Virus record (IMG/VR): IMGVR_UViG_3300032330_000770
Span: 1 to 24,930 of that record
Strand: one strand, 5' to 3'
DNA length: 24,930 bases
From: a virus
Taxonomy: Duplodnaviria > Caudoviricetes
Shown: one piece after another, positions 16,380 to 23,937 of the stretch
How the letters are laid out: the number at the start of each line of letters is the position of its first letter
Position numbering within the stretch: the first letter of the stretch is position 1
Position numbers and translations under genes: made by a program
Notes under the pieces: generated by a model
Told to the model about the DNA's origin: nothing
Database searches by the model: none
The model's input: only the letters and a program-made list of their open reading frames with translations

Positions 16380-19300
16380 ATGTCAAAACCTGTTTGGGAC
16401 GTAACACAACCATCAAATAGTAGCTTAGGAACTTTTCTAGAAAGAAAAACTCTCGGCCTAGACGGTGTTCCCCTTATAAGTCTAAAAGTAAAAGATACAG
16501 ACGATTTAAGCGAACAAACATTCACATCTACAATTTATAAAGCGTGGACTGCATTCTCAAGTAATGTTGAAAAATATGCTACACTCAATGAAGTTTTTAT
16601 AAAAAGTAATGGTGTTCCAACTACACAATGGTTAAACAGTACAATTATCGACGGCGGTGATAGTGCTAATACAATTAATGTAGACGGTGGTGGATCCTTA
16701 ATAACTGGAAACTACGTTATTGCAGACGGTGGTGGCACCTTTGAAAGTTATATACAATACGACCCTTTACCACAATCATATGTGTTTAAATTTCCTGCAT
16801 TAAGACCACCACTATCGAGACCAAAAAAATCAATTGCAGCATTAGGCGATATTGGAGTGGCTATAAATGGTGTTCCGTTCCGTAGTCCTAATTCAGGAAA
16901 AACTACAACATTCAACGGAACCAAATATACAGAAAATAAAGTTATGTATCCTGATCCTTATTCATTCACTGATGGATCAGGTATAATTGAATCAGATAAT
17001 AAATTTTTCTATCATTTTGATCCATCGCTACTTTATACTAAAGACCCTCTACATCATAGTCCGATAATAGGATATGCATTTGATGGGTTACCAATTTATG
17101 GCCCATACGGCTACAACAATCCTCTTGATGCAAATAGCGGAATAAGGATAATCACATCAAGTTATCAACTTAAGACGACACGTCGAGCTAATGGAAATTT
17201 ATCAGACGGTTCATATATCGAGGATTATGAATATGTAGGTGGATCAGGAGATCTAGATCAATATAATACACGATTCTGTAAAACTCCAGAATATCCTAGT
17301 GGTATACAGGCATATTTTGTTACTATTGATCCTAACAATCCTACATTTCCAGTATATCCGTATATCGTAGGGCCAAGTTATTGGGGAACTCCAATTACTG
17401 ATAATGGTAATTTTAATTGGCCTAAAAAAATAGACTTTGCTCTTATAACTGGAAAACTTCCTGGAGGGCTTAGACTTGAAGGATCAAATATAGTAGGAAC
17501 ACCATTTGCTGTTGTTGGATCATCTACATTTAGATTTGTATTACGTGCTACAAATCTAGAAGGAATAACCGATCGAACGTTTACTATTAAAATCACTAGC
17601 GAGAATCAATCAATAATATGGGGAACCCAACCTGGATCTCTCCCAGTTGGAAACAATCATCACTATTATGTATTAGACAATTCACTTATTGATTTCCAAC
17701 TAGATGCATTTGACAATGATTTACCTAACGGAAAATACTTAAATTATTATATACCCCCCAATGGCGGAGAATTGCCTGGCGGTATTACGTTATCAAGGAC
17801 AGGAAGACTTTATGGGTTTACAGCACCAATATTGGCTGTAGAAACAGGAGGTAATCTTGGAAAATATGATACTACACTTTATGATAGATACGGCTACGAC
17901 TATGGTGTAAGACCTATAAATGGTTATGATAGTTTTTACTATGATAATCAAACATATGATTATTCTATACCAAATAGAGCTCCGAAAAAATTAAATCGGT
18001 ATTATCGATTTAAAGTTAGGGCTAGCGATGGTGTAAGATATGTTGATAGAGAATTTAAAATTTACGTAGTTGGGGATGATTACTTACGTGCTGATAACGA
18101 AATATTATGCGTAGGAACAAACACATTCTCAGCAGATAATACATATATGAGAAAAGCTATATGGATTACACCAAAGTATATTGGACGACTTAGAGCTAAC
18201 AATTATCTAACTATCATATTAGATGTTTTTGATCCTGCTACACTAGAAGGAAAGATTGGATACATTTTAGCAGCTACAAACGATGACGGTTCACCTAGTG
18301 TGTTACCTCCTGGAATGGTATTGGATCAATTAACTGGAGAAGTATATGGATCTGTTCCATATCAACCAGCTATTACTAAAACTTATAAATTTACGATCAA
18401 TGCACTAAGATATAGCTACGATCAATCTGTTCCAAATGTTCCTAGCCTTAGAACATTTACAGTTGATCTTATTGGTAATATCGATAGTGTAATAAATTTC
18501 ACAACAAGTGGCGATCTTGGTTCGATAGATGCAAACTTTATCAGCAATCTAAGTGTAACCGCTGTTACTACTGTACAAAATGCTATATTAACATATAGCT
18601 TAAAAAGCGGAAAACTTCCACCTGGATTAAGATTGCTCAATGACGGAACTATACAAGGAAAAGTTAATCAATTTTCCACAGCTGATAGTTTTGGATTAAT
18701 AACATTTGATAACAACACTATGACATTAGACGGTCATACTACAACTATTGATAGAAGTTATACATTTACAGTTGAAGCTAGAGATCAATTTAATGAATCA
18801 GCTACTACTAAAACATTTAATCTAGACATTAATACTCCAAACAATAAATTGTATAGTAATTTATATGTTAAGCCTTTCCTGAAATCAGATATGAGATCTA
18901 AACTAACTGAGTTCTTTAGTGACACTGGAATCTTTGAACCAAAGTCTATGTATAGATCAAGCGATCTTGAATTTGGTATACAGAACGAACTTAAGATGTT
19001 ACTCTATCCTGGAATAGAAACTAAAAATCTCTCAGCATACATCTATGCTTTCAGTAGATCATCAAAGAAGAAGTTCCGTATTGGAAACTTAAAGAAAGCT
19101 ATAGCTAAAACTCCAGGAACTAATGATGTAGTATATGAATTAGTTTATTTAGAAATAGTAGATAATTTAGAAAATAATAATGTATCAATTTCAGAATATA
19201 TCAATACTGCATTTTTAAATCATCCGATAACCGTTGATCAAAGTACTAGAGATATCATTGATAGAGATAAATTTGATAATAATATTAATGTTATGACATT

Positions 19301-19700
19301 AGATGCATTATCAAATATTAAAATACAGGATAGAGTTATAACAGTTGACTATGATGGACAATTAGTTAGCGATAAGAATAAATCAAATGTCTTTGGAAAT
19401 AGTATAAAGAATTTACAAAAAAAGATAGCAAATATCGGTGACAGTGAAAGAAACTATCTACCACTATGGATGAGGACACCTCAGACTTTTAGTGGAGTAG
19501 AACAAGGGTTTACTAAAGCGATACCACTTTGTTATTGCGTTCCTGGTACTGCTGATAATATAATATTAAATATTAAACATTCAGGATTTGATTTTAAAAT
19601 GATTAACTATACTGTTGATCGCGCCATAATAGATAATGTAGTAGGCGAAGCTGGCGATAAATACATCGCATTTCCAGCAAGAGAGGTTATAAATGGCTAG
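16380..19700 (+). CDS. Large virion/baseplate protein with a YHYH-like domain and several putative Ig (He_PIG-like) repeats
   Basis: YHYH-family motifs GDIGVAINGVPF, HSPIIGYAFDGLPIYGPYGY and GDLDQYN..FCKTPEYP. Ig-repeat motifs GKLPGGLRL, GELPGGITLS, LPPGMVLD..TGEVYG and SGKLPPGLRL..DGTIQG. Confidence 0.78.
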   Translation: MSKPVWDVTQPSNSSLGTFLERKTLGLDGVPLISLKVKDTDDLSEQTFTSTIYKAWTAFSSNVEKYATLNEVFIKSNGVPTTQWLNSTIIDGGDSANTINVDGGGSLITGNYVIADGGGTFESYIQYDPLPQSYVFKFPALRPPLSRPKKSIAALGDIGVAINGVPFRSPNSGKTTTFNGTKYTENKVMYPDPYSFTDGSGIIESDNKFFYHFDPSLLYTKDPLHHSPIIGYAFDGLPIYGPYGYNNPLDANSGIRIITSSYQLKTTRRANGNLSDGSYIEDYEYVGGSGDLDQYNTRFCKTPEYPSGIQAYFVTIDPNNPTFPVYPYIVGPSYWGTPITDNGNFNWPKKIDFALITGKLPGGLRLEGSNIVGTPFAVVGSSTFRFVLRATNLEGITDRTFTIKITSENQSIIWGTQPGSLPVGNNHHYYVLDNSLIDFQLDAFDNDLPNGKYLNYYIPPNGGELPGGITLSRTGRLYGFTAPILAVETGGNLGKYDTTLYDRYGYDYGVRPINGYDSFYYDNQTYDYSIPNRAPKKLNRYYRFKVRASDGVRYVDREFKIYVVGDDYLRADNEILCVGTNTFSADNTYMRKAIWITPKYIGRLRANNYLTIILDVFDPATLEGKIGYILAATNDDGSPSVLPPGMVLDQLTGEVYGSVPYQPAITKTYKFTINALRYSYDQSVPNVPSLRTFTVDLIGNIDSVINFTTSGDLGSIDANFISNLSVTAVTTVQNAILTYSLKSGKLPPGLRLLNDGTIQGKVNQFSTADSFGLITFDNNTMTLDGHTTTIDRSYTFTVEARDQFNESATTKTFNLDINTPNNKLYSNLYVKPFLKSDMRSKLTEFFSDTGIFEPKSMYRSSDLEFGIQNELKMLLYPGIETKNLSAYIYAFSRSSKKKFRIGNLKKAIAKTPGTNDVVYELVYLEIVDNLENNNVSISEYINTAFLNHPITVDQSTRDIIDRDKFDNNINVMTLDALSNIKIQDRVITVDYDGQLVSDKNKSNVFGNSIKNLQKKIANIGDSERNYLPLWMRTPQTFSGVEQGFTKAIPLCYCVPGTADNIILNIKHSGFDFKMINYTVDRAIIDNVVGEAGDKYIAFPAREVING

Positions 19701-20262
19701 TAATATAAATTTTTCAAGTATTGACGAGACTTTCCCAATCGCAGGAAAGGATAATGATAGCCAGGGGTTCAGAGATAACTTCCAATTTATTAAGAATAGT
19801 CTAGAAGCTGCTAAGAGCGAAGTTGAAGATTTACAAAACAATACTGCAAAGACTAATGCTACTAGTAATTTCAATTTCCAACAGGTACAGAAAGCAAAGT
19901 TTGTTAATTGTGGAGAAGTAGTTAACACAGTTAATCAAATTGATACTTCAACTGGTACGATCGATTATAGTGCAGGTTCGGTAGCTATAGTTGCAGTTAG
20001 CGTTAGTACAACAATTACATTTACAAATTTTCCTCCGATAGCTACACCTGCTACTGCTGCTCGTATACGAGTACATCTTACTAGCACAGTATCTGGAGAA
20101 AGCCACGATATTACTTTTGCTGTTGATGCAGGTACTATTAAAAAGAATGGAAGTATAAATCCAGTAACAGTTAATAGTTCTACTGCACATAAAGTAGTTG
20201 ACTTTTGGACATACGACGGTGGTGCTACTTTGTTTATGGATTTAGTAGGTACATTTAGTTAA
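19693..20262 (+). CDS. Putative virion structural protein
   Basis: SD GAGG and 8-nt overlap with the upstream gene. N-terminus IDETFPIAGKDNDSQGFRDNF..IK..L followed by a coiled-coil and a beta-rich C-terminal domain. Confidence 0.65.
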   Translation: MASNINFSSIDETFPIAGKDNDSQGFRDNFQFIKNSLEAAKSEVEDLQNNTAKTNATSNFNFQQVQKAKFVNCGEVVNTVNQIDTSTGTIDYSAGSVAIVAVSVSTTITFTNFPPIATPATAARIRVHLTSTVSGESHDITFAVDAGTIKKNGSINPVTVNSSTAHKVVDFWTYDGGATLFMDLVGTFS

Positions 20263-20498
20263 TGCATCCATTAGCCCCAACTCTTACTGGACTCTCTGAT
20301 CAAGAATTGGATAAGAAAGTCCAGGAACTTACGGAAAGATATTATCAAGCATTACGATTTTCTCCTAGCATTGCTAGTCAGATTGTGTTACTATTAGATA
20401 GTTACAATAGTGAAAAGCAAAACAGAGCCCTTGAAAAAAGCAAGAAGGCTGCTGAAAATGGAGATAATAGTTTAAATGACCTCATCAAAATCAACTAG
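20262..20498 (+). CDS. Hypothetical helical protein (78 aa)
   Basis: TAATG coupling with the upstream gene; amphipathic helical sequence. Confidence 0.7.
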   Translation: MHPLAPTLTGLSDQELDKKVQELTERYYQALRFSPSIASQIVLLLDSYNSEKQNRALEKSKKAAENGDNSLNDLIKIN

Positions 20499-21141
20499 AA
20501 ACCTTCCCCACAAGTGGGCAACTACCGTAAACAGCATGGTGTTCGTTGATAACATAATGCTAACCAATCAATATAAGTTTGAAATTGGATTCTTCAGCAT
20601 CAACCCAAATCCTGTACTAAACGATATCGGACTTGATCAGATTGATATGTTCTTTAGCATGTTAATGTCAAATGCAATTATCTTTGATAAAACAGATTAT
20701 AATGATTCAATAGTACTAAACGATCTAAAAAATAACAAGATCATGGTTCCGGGTAAGGGAAATGATCAAGTAGTAGGAAGTCTAGTATTCCTTAAGCTAT
20801 TGAATATAGTAGGTGAGAATCTAGAAATGGATTATATCACTATCACTAGTGAACTTGGAAAAGATATTTGCTATACTATTACTGCTAATTCTCTAGAACT
20901 TGAAGCACTAGTTCCAAAGAGAGCTGACTGGTGGGGCGATGATAAGGTTAAGCATCAACCATGGTGGAATAGACCTGATTCAGCTACATATGATCTACTA
21001 ACAGATGGTAAACTCTATGAAGGTGACTTTGAATGGCGTGAAATCTTCAAAGAAGAATATGAAGAGGCTGAGACATTTAACAAGCCAGCTGCCAAGGGTA
21101 AAGTCTTTAAGCTTATCCCAGGCGGGAAAGATGTACACTGA
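20476..21141 (+). CDS. Hypothetical protein (221 aa)
   Basis: Long ORF in operon context with GGAG upstream; PWWNRPD motif. Confidence 0.7.
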   Translation: MTSSKSTRNLPHKWATTVNSMVFVDNIMLTNQYKFEIGFFSINPNPVLNDIGLDQIDMFFSMLMSNAIIFDKTDYNDSIVLNDLKNNKIMVPGKGNDQVVGSLVFLKLLNIVGENLEMDYITITSELGKDICYTITANSLELEALVPKRADWWGDDKVKHQPWWNRPDSATYDLLTDGKLYEGDFEWREIFKEEYEEAETFNKPAAKGKVFKLIPGGKDVH

Positions 21142-21655
21142 TCAACTAGGTCGCATTGCTTTCACGAGCAAAGACATCATAGAAGAGATTTATCGAGGAA
21201 ATTTAGATAAGATCGATCTAGCTAAAGTTAGGATTGACGAGGAATATCTACAATATGTGGAATTCGTCCGAGAGAATGCTTTAGACGATTGGCCAATTCC
21301 TCTGCCCGAGGACACAGAAGAGATAGATATTGAGAAGTTTGATTGTCCGAACCAACATAGTTGGCTAATGCCCTTTGAATATAAAAAGATTTCAGCTGGG
21401 CCATATCTATTAAATCTCTGTTCAACGGCAGAGGAAGAAGCTAGGGTACATATGGAACTAGAACTGTTTGAAAAACACGACATGATGGATCTATTGCGTT
21501 TCCTGATCTTTTTGGTTGACACGCTTAGGGCAAATAATATACTATGGGGTGTAGGTAGAGGATCTAGTGTTGCTAGCTATTGTCTATATCTTTTAGGAAT
21601 ACACAAGATCAATTCACTTAAATATCAATTAGATATAAATGAATTCTTAAAATAG
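21131..21655 (+). CDS. dnaE: DNA polymerase III alpha (family C) fragment, 174 aa, ending before the catalytic PDIDxD motif
   Basis: RV..ELELF, V......NILWGVGRGSSVASYCLYLLGIHKINSLKYQLDINEFLK*, matching the DnaE pattern GPGRGSAAGSLVAY.LGIT.IDPL...LLFERFL. Likely start is ATG 21131, overlapping the upstream stop. Confidence 0.85.
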   Translation: MYTDQLGRIAFTSKDIIEEIYRGNLDKIDLAKVRIDEEYLQYVEFVRENALDDWPIPLPEDTEEIDIEKFDCPNQHSWLMPFEYKKISAGPYLLNLCSTAEEEARVHMELELFEKHDMMDLLRFLIFLVDTLRANNILWGVGRGSSVASYCLYLLGIHKINSLKYQLDINEFLK

Positions 21656-21665
21656 GAGAATGAAA

Positions 21666-22064
21666 ATGGCAGTTAGAAAGCAATATAGAAGTATGCAGGG
21701 TAAATTAGTTGATCTAGAAAAGCTAGCAGCTAAGAATGAACTTGTTCCAGCTATTGGAAACATTCCAGTTAATGCTCGAGGTGATGAACTCGGACCAGGT
21801 GGAAGAATCGTCCGTAAGCGTGAGGACATAGTAGCAGAATATTACGAGAATAACAAAAACTTTACACCTATTGAAAATAGAGTAAGGCGTCGAGTTGATA
21901 CACCAGTTCCGCAGCATGTTAACGAAACTGTAACAACTCCAACACCTAAACACATTGAGCCAGTTGCTCAAACTCCAGAACCAAAAAATGTTGAGACTCG
22001 TAGAGTAGACCATCCTACATCTGTTATTACTAAGACTATACAAAAAGAAGAACCAACGGAGTAA
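21666..22064 (+). CDS. Hypothetical protein with a Pro/Thr/Glu-rich low-complexity C-terminus
   Basis: AGGAG lies 7 nt upstream of ATG 21666 (ATG 21660 is too close to the SD). Motif A.GN..VNARGDELGPGG.I. Confidence 0.7.
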   Translation: MAVRKQYRSMQGKLVDLEKLAAKNELVPAIGNIPVNARGDELGPGGRIVRKREDIVAEYYENNKNFTPIENRVRRRVDTPVPQHVNETVTTPTPKHIEPVAQTPEPKNVETRRVDHPTSVITKTIQKEEPTE

Positions 22065-22067
22065 GAA

Positions 22068-22406
22068 ATGATTACTAAGGGCAATTTGCTACCGATCCGT
22101 GATCACGTGATCGTAGAAGAGATGGAATTTGGCGAACAGATCAGTAAAGGTGGAATCATCATCCAAAGTGATGACGGTAAGACTATGGGTGTTAAACCAC
22201 GCTGGGGGAAAGTCTATGCTGTGGGTCATAAGAATCTAGATGTACAGGTTGGAGACTGGGTTCTAATTGAACACGGTCGTTGGACTAGAGGCATGAACGT
22301 AGAAGACGAAAACGGCAAAATGCGGGTCTTGCGTAGAGTTGATAAAGATGCTATCATGATTACTAGTGATAAGAAGCCAGGGGATGTGTATGTCACAGCA
22401 GATTGA
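22068..22406 (+). CDS. groES: Co-chaperonin GroES (Cpn10; functional analogue of T4 gp31)
   Basis: LLPIRDHVIV, mobile loop SKGGIII, GKVYAVG and VQVGDWVL. Confidence 0.9.
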   Translation: MITKGNLLPIRDHVIVEEMEFGEQISKGGIIIQSDDGKTMGVKPRWGKVYAVGHKNLDVQVGDWVLIEHGRWTRGMNVEDENGKMRVLRRVDKDAIMITSDKKPGDVYVTAD

Positions 22407-22797
22407 TCTAAATCGTTATACAGAATTTGTTAGTGTTGTTACGAGTAGTGAATCAAATGATACAGAAGCACTAATAAATCGTATGCGTGAACTAGACAAG
22501 GATACTAATATAGCTCTATTAACAACTGCTGCTATTGGACTTGCTAGCGAAGGTGGAGAGTTTAACGAAATCGTTAAGAAGATGTTGTTCCAAGGAAAGC
22601 CTTTTAACGAAGATAATCGTTTCCATCTAATGCGTGAACTTGGAGATATCATCTGGTATTGGACTAATGCTTGTCGTGCTCTTGGATATGATCCTAATGA
22701 AGTTGTGGCTGAAAATGTGCGTAAGCTAGAAGCTCGATATCCAGGTGGGGCATTTGATGCGTATTATAGTGAAAATCGAAAGGCTGGCGATCTATGA
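22390..22797 (+). CDS. mazG: MazG-like nucleoside triphosphate pyrophosphohydrolase
   Basis: GLASEGGEFNEIVKK...ELGDIIWY...N..KL..RYP (EXXE...EXXD). Likely start is ATG 22390. Confidence 0.85.
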   Translation: MSQQIDLNRYTEFVSVVTSSESNDTEALINRMRELDKDTNIALLTTAAIGLASEGGEFNEIVKKMLFQGKPFNEDNRFHLMRELGDIIWYWTNACRALGYDPNEVVAENVRKLEARYPGGAFDAYYSENRKAGDL

Positions 22798-22952
22798 AGT
22801 TTAGCAATGCCAGTTCTGGTATAGGTACTGCTGGATTAACTGGCATTGTGCTTATGACATTACACTTAACTGATCATATAACAGGATGGGCTTGGCCTTT
22901 ACTTTACATATTTTTAATAATTGCAGGAATGGGACAGGAAAATCGTAAGTGA
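22794..22952 (+). CDS. Small two-helix membrane protein (52 aa)
   Basis: ATGA overlap with the mazG stop. MKFSNASSGIGTAGLTGIVLMTLHLTDHITGWAWPLLYIFLIIAGMGQENRK*. Fills the gap exactly; not in the ORF track. Confidence 0.75.
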   Translation: MKFSNASSGIGTAGLTGIVLMTLHLTDHITGWAWPLLYIFLIIAGMGQENRK

Positions 22953-22957
22953 GCGGA
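22935..22957 (+). repeat. 23-bp junction repeat C, copy 1
   Basis: caggaaaatcgtaagtgagcgga is identical at 23561-23583. Confidence 0.95.
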
Positions 22958-22980
22958 ATCATAAAGAAAGGAATGTTATA

Positions 22981-23574
22981 ATGGGAATGGACTTTTCTAG
23001 AATTAATAATTATATAGATCAAATTGTAATTACAGATGATCTATTAGAAATAGGATCCGAAAGAGGTGAAGGAAGTACTGCTATCCTAGGAAGCATAGCA
23101 CATAATTCTAATAAAATACTTCACTCTGTAGATATAGACAAAACTCTAATTTCATATAATACACAAAAACATACTAGTAATCCTATTAAATTTTATAATT
23201 TAAAAGGAGAAGATTTTCTAGATCAAAATAATCATTTAAAATTTAGTATAGTGTTGCTAGATAATTTTGATTGGAATTGGCATCCTTTAGATACACCTGA
23301 TTGGATACAGAATCAGATAACAGATTATAAAAACATTTATAACTTAGAAATGAATAACCTTAATAGCCAAAAAACACATCTAATACAAAGTATTAAATTA
23401 ACAAACATGCTTGCTGATCAATGCATCATTGTGTGTGACGACACATGGGTATTAGATAATCAAGGCATATATTGTGGAAAATGTGGGGCGGCTATTCCTT
23501 ACTTGTTGAGTCTAGGGTTTTCTATCAATCACGAACCTTGGGGCGTTATCTTAATAAGAGCAGGAAAATCGTAA
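22981..23574 (+). CDS. Putative class I SAM-dependent methyltransferase, AT-rich and flanked by direct repeats
   Basis: LLEIGSERGEGST (motif I), LHSVDID, GEDFL, IVLLDNFDW and IIVCDDT. AAGGA upstream of ATG 22981. Confidence 0.7.
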   Translation: MGMDFSRINNYIDQIVITDDLLEIGSERGEGSTAILGSIAHNSNKILHSVDIDKTLISYNTQKHTSNPIKFYNLKGEDFLDQNNHLKFSIVLLDNFDWNWHPLDTPDWIQNQITDYKNIYNLEMNNLNSQKTHLIQSIKLTNMLADQCIIVCDDTWVLDNQGIYCGKCGAAIPYLLSLGFSINHEPWGVILIRAGKS

Positions 23575-23583
23575 GTGAGCGGA
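23561..23583 (+). repeat. 23-bp junction repeat C, copy 2
   Basis: Identical to 22935-22957. Supplies the methyltransferase TAA, an AGGA SD and the GTG start at 23575. Confidence 0.95.
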
Positions 23584-23937
23584 CCTTATACAATACAAAA
23601 GACAACACTTAGTAGAGAAGCACCTGATAACAAGGAAACTAAAAAGATGAACTTTTTACAGCGTTGGTTTGATAAAAAGTGTAGAGAGGCTTGGCATCGT
23701 GCCCAATGTGAGCCAGCTAATCCAGTTAGATTAACTCAGCTTATCGACGAGCCAAGTATCGGGGCAATTGACGGACTAACTATCCGACTGTATGGAGCCA
23801 CGGGCGGCAATATCGTAGAGTTCCGTAAATATGATAGACATAAAGACCGTACTGACTGTAAACTTTATGTTATAAATGCTGAACAGAACTTTAGTGAAGA
23901 ACTTGCTAAGATCGTAAGTTTGGAGATGCTACGTTGA
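23575..23937 (+). CDS. Hypothetical protein
   Basis: GTG start with AGGA upstream; an alternative ATG lies near 23648. Stop overlaps the clamp-loader TTG start. Confidence 0.7.
   Translation: MSGPYTIQKTTLSREAPDNKETKKMNFLQRWFDKKCREAWHRAQCEPANPVRLTQLIDEPSIGAIDGLTIRLYGATGGNIVEFRKYDRHKDRTDCKLYVINAEQNFSEELAKIVSLEMLR

Noticed and set aside
21640-21720. Frameshift or stop read-through continuing dnaE, or a recoded TAG
   Set aside because: Read-through gives ENENGS* and the other frames lack PDIDxD. Other genes are full length in the standard code with TAA, TAG and TGA all used as stops.
21005-22980. Longer ORF-track starts at 21005, 21660, 22366 and 22921 (and 1140)
   Set aside because: They overlap upstream genes deeply or lack a well-spaced SD. 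The downstream starts 21131, 21666, 22390, 22981 and 1194 fit coupling or family N-termini better.
23911-23919. atcgtaagt as a third copy of repeat C
   Set aside because: Only a 9-bp match and the flanks differ.
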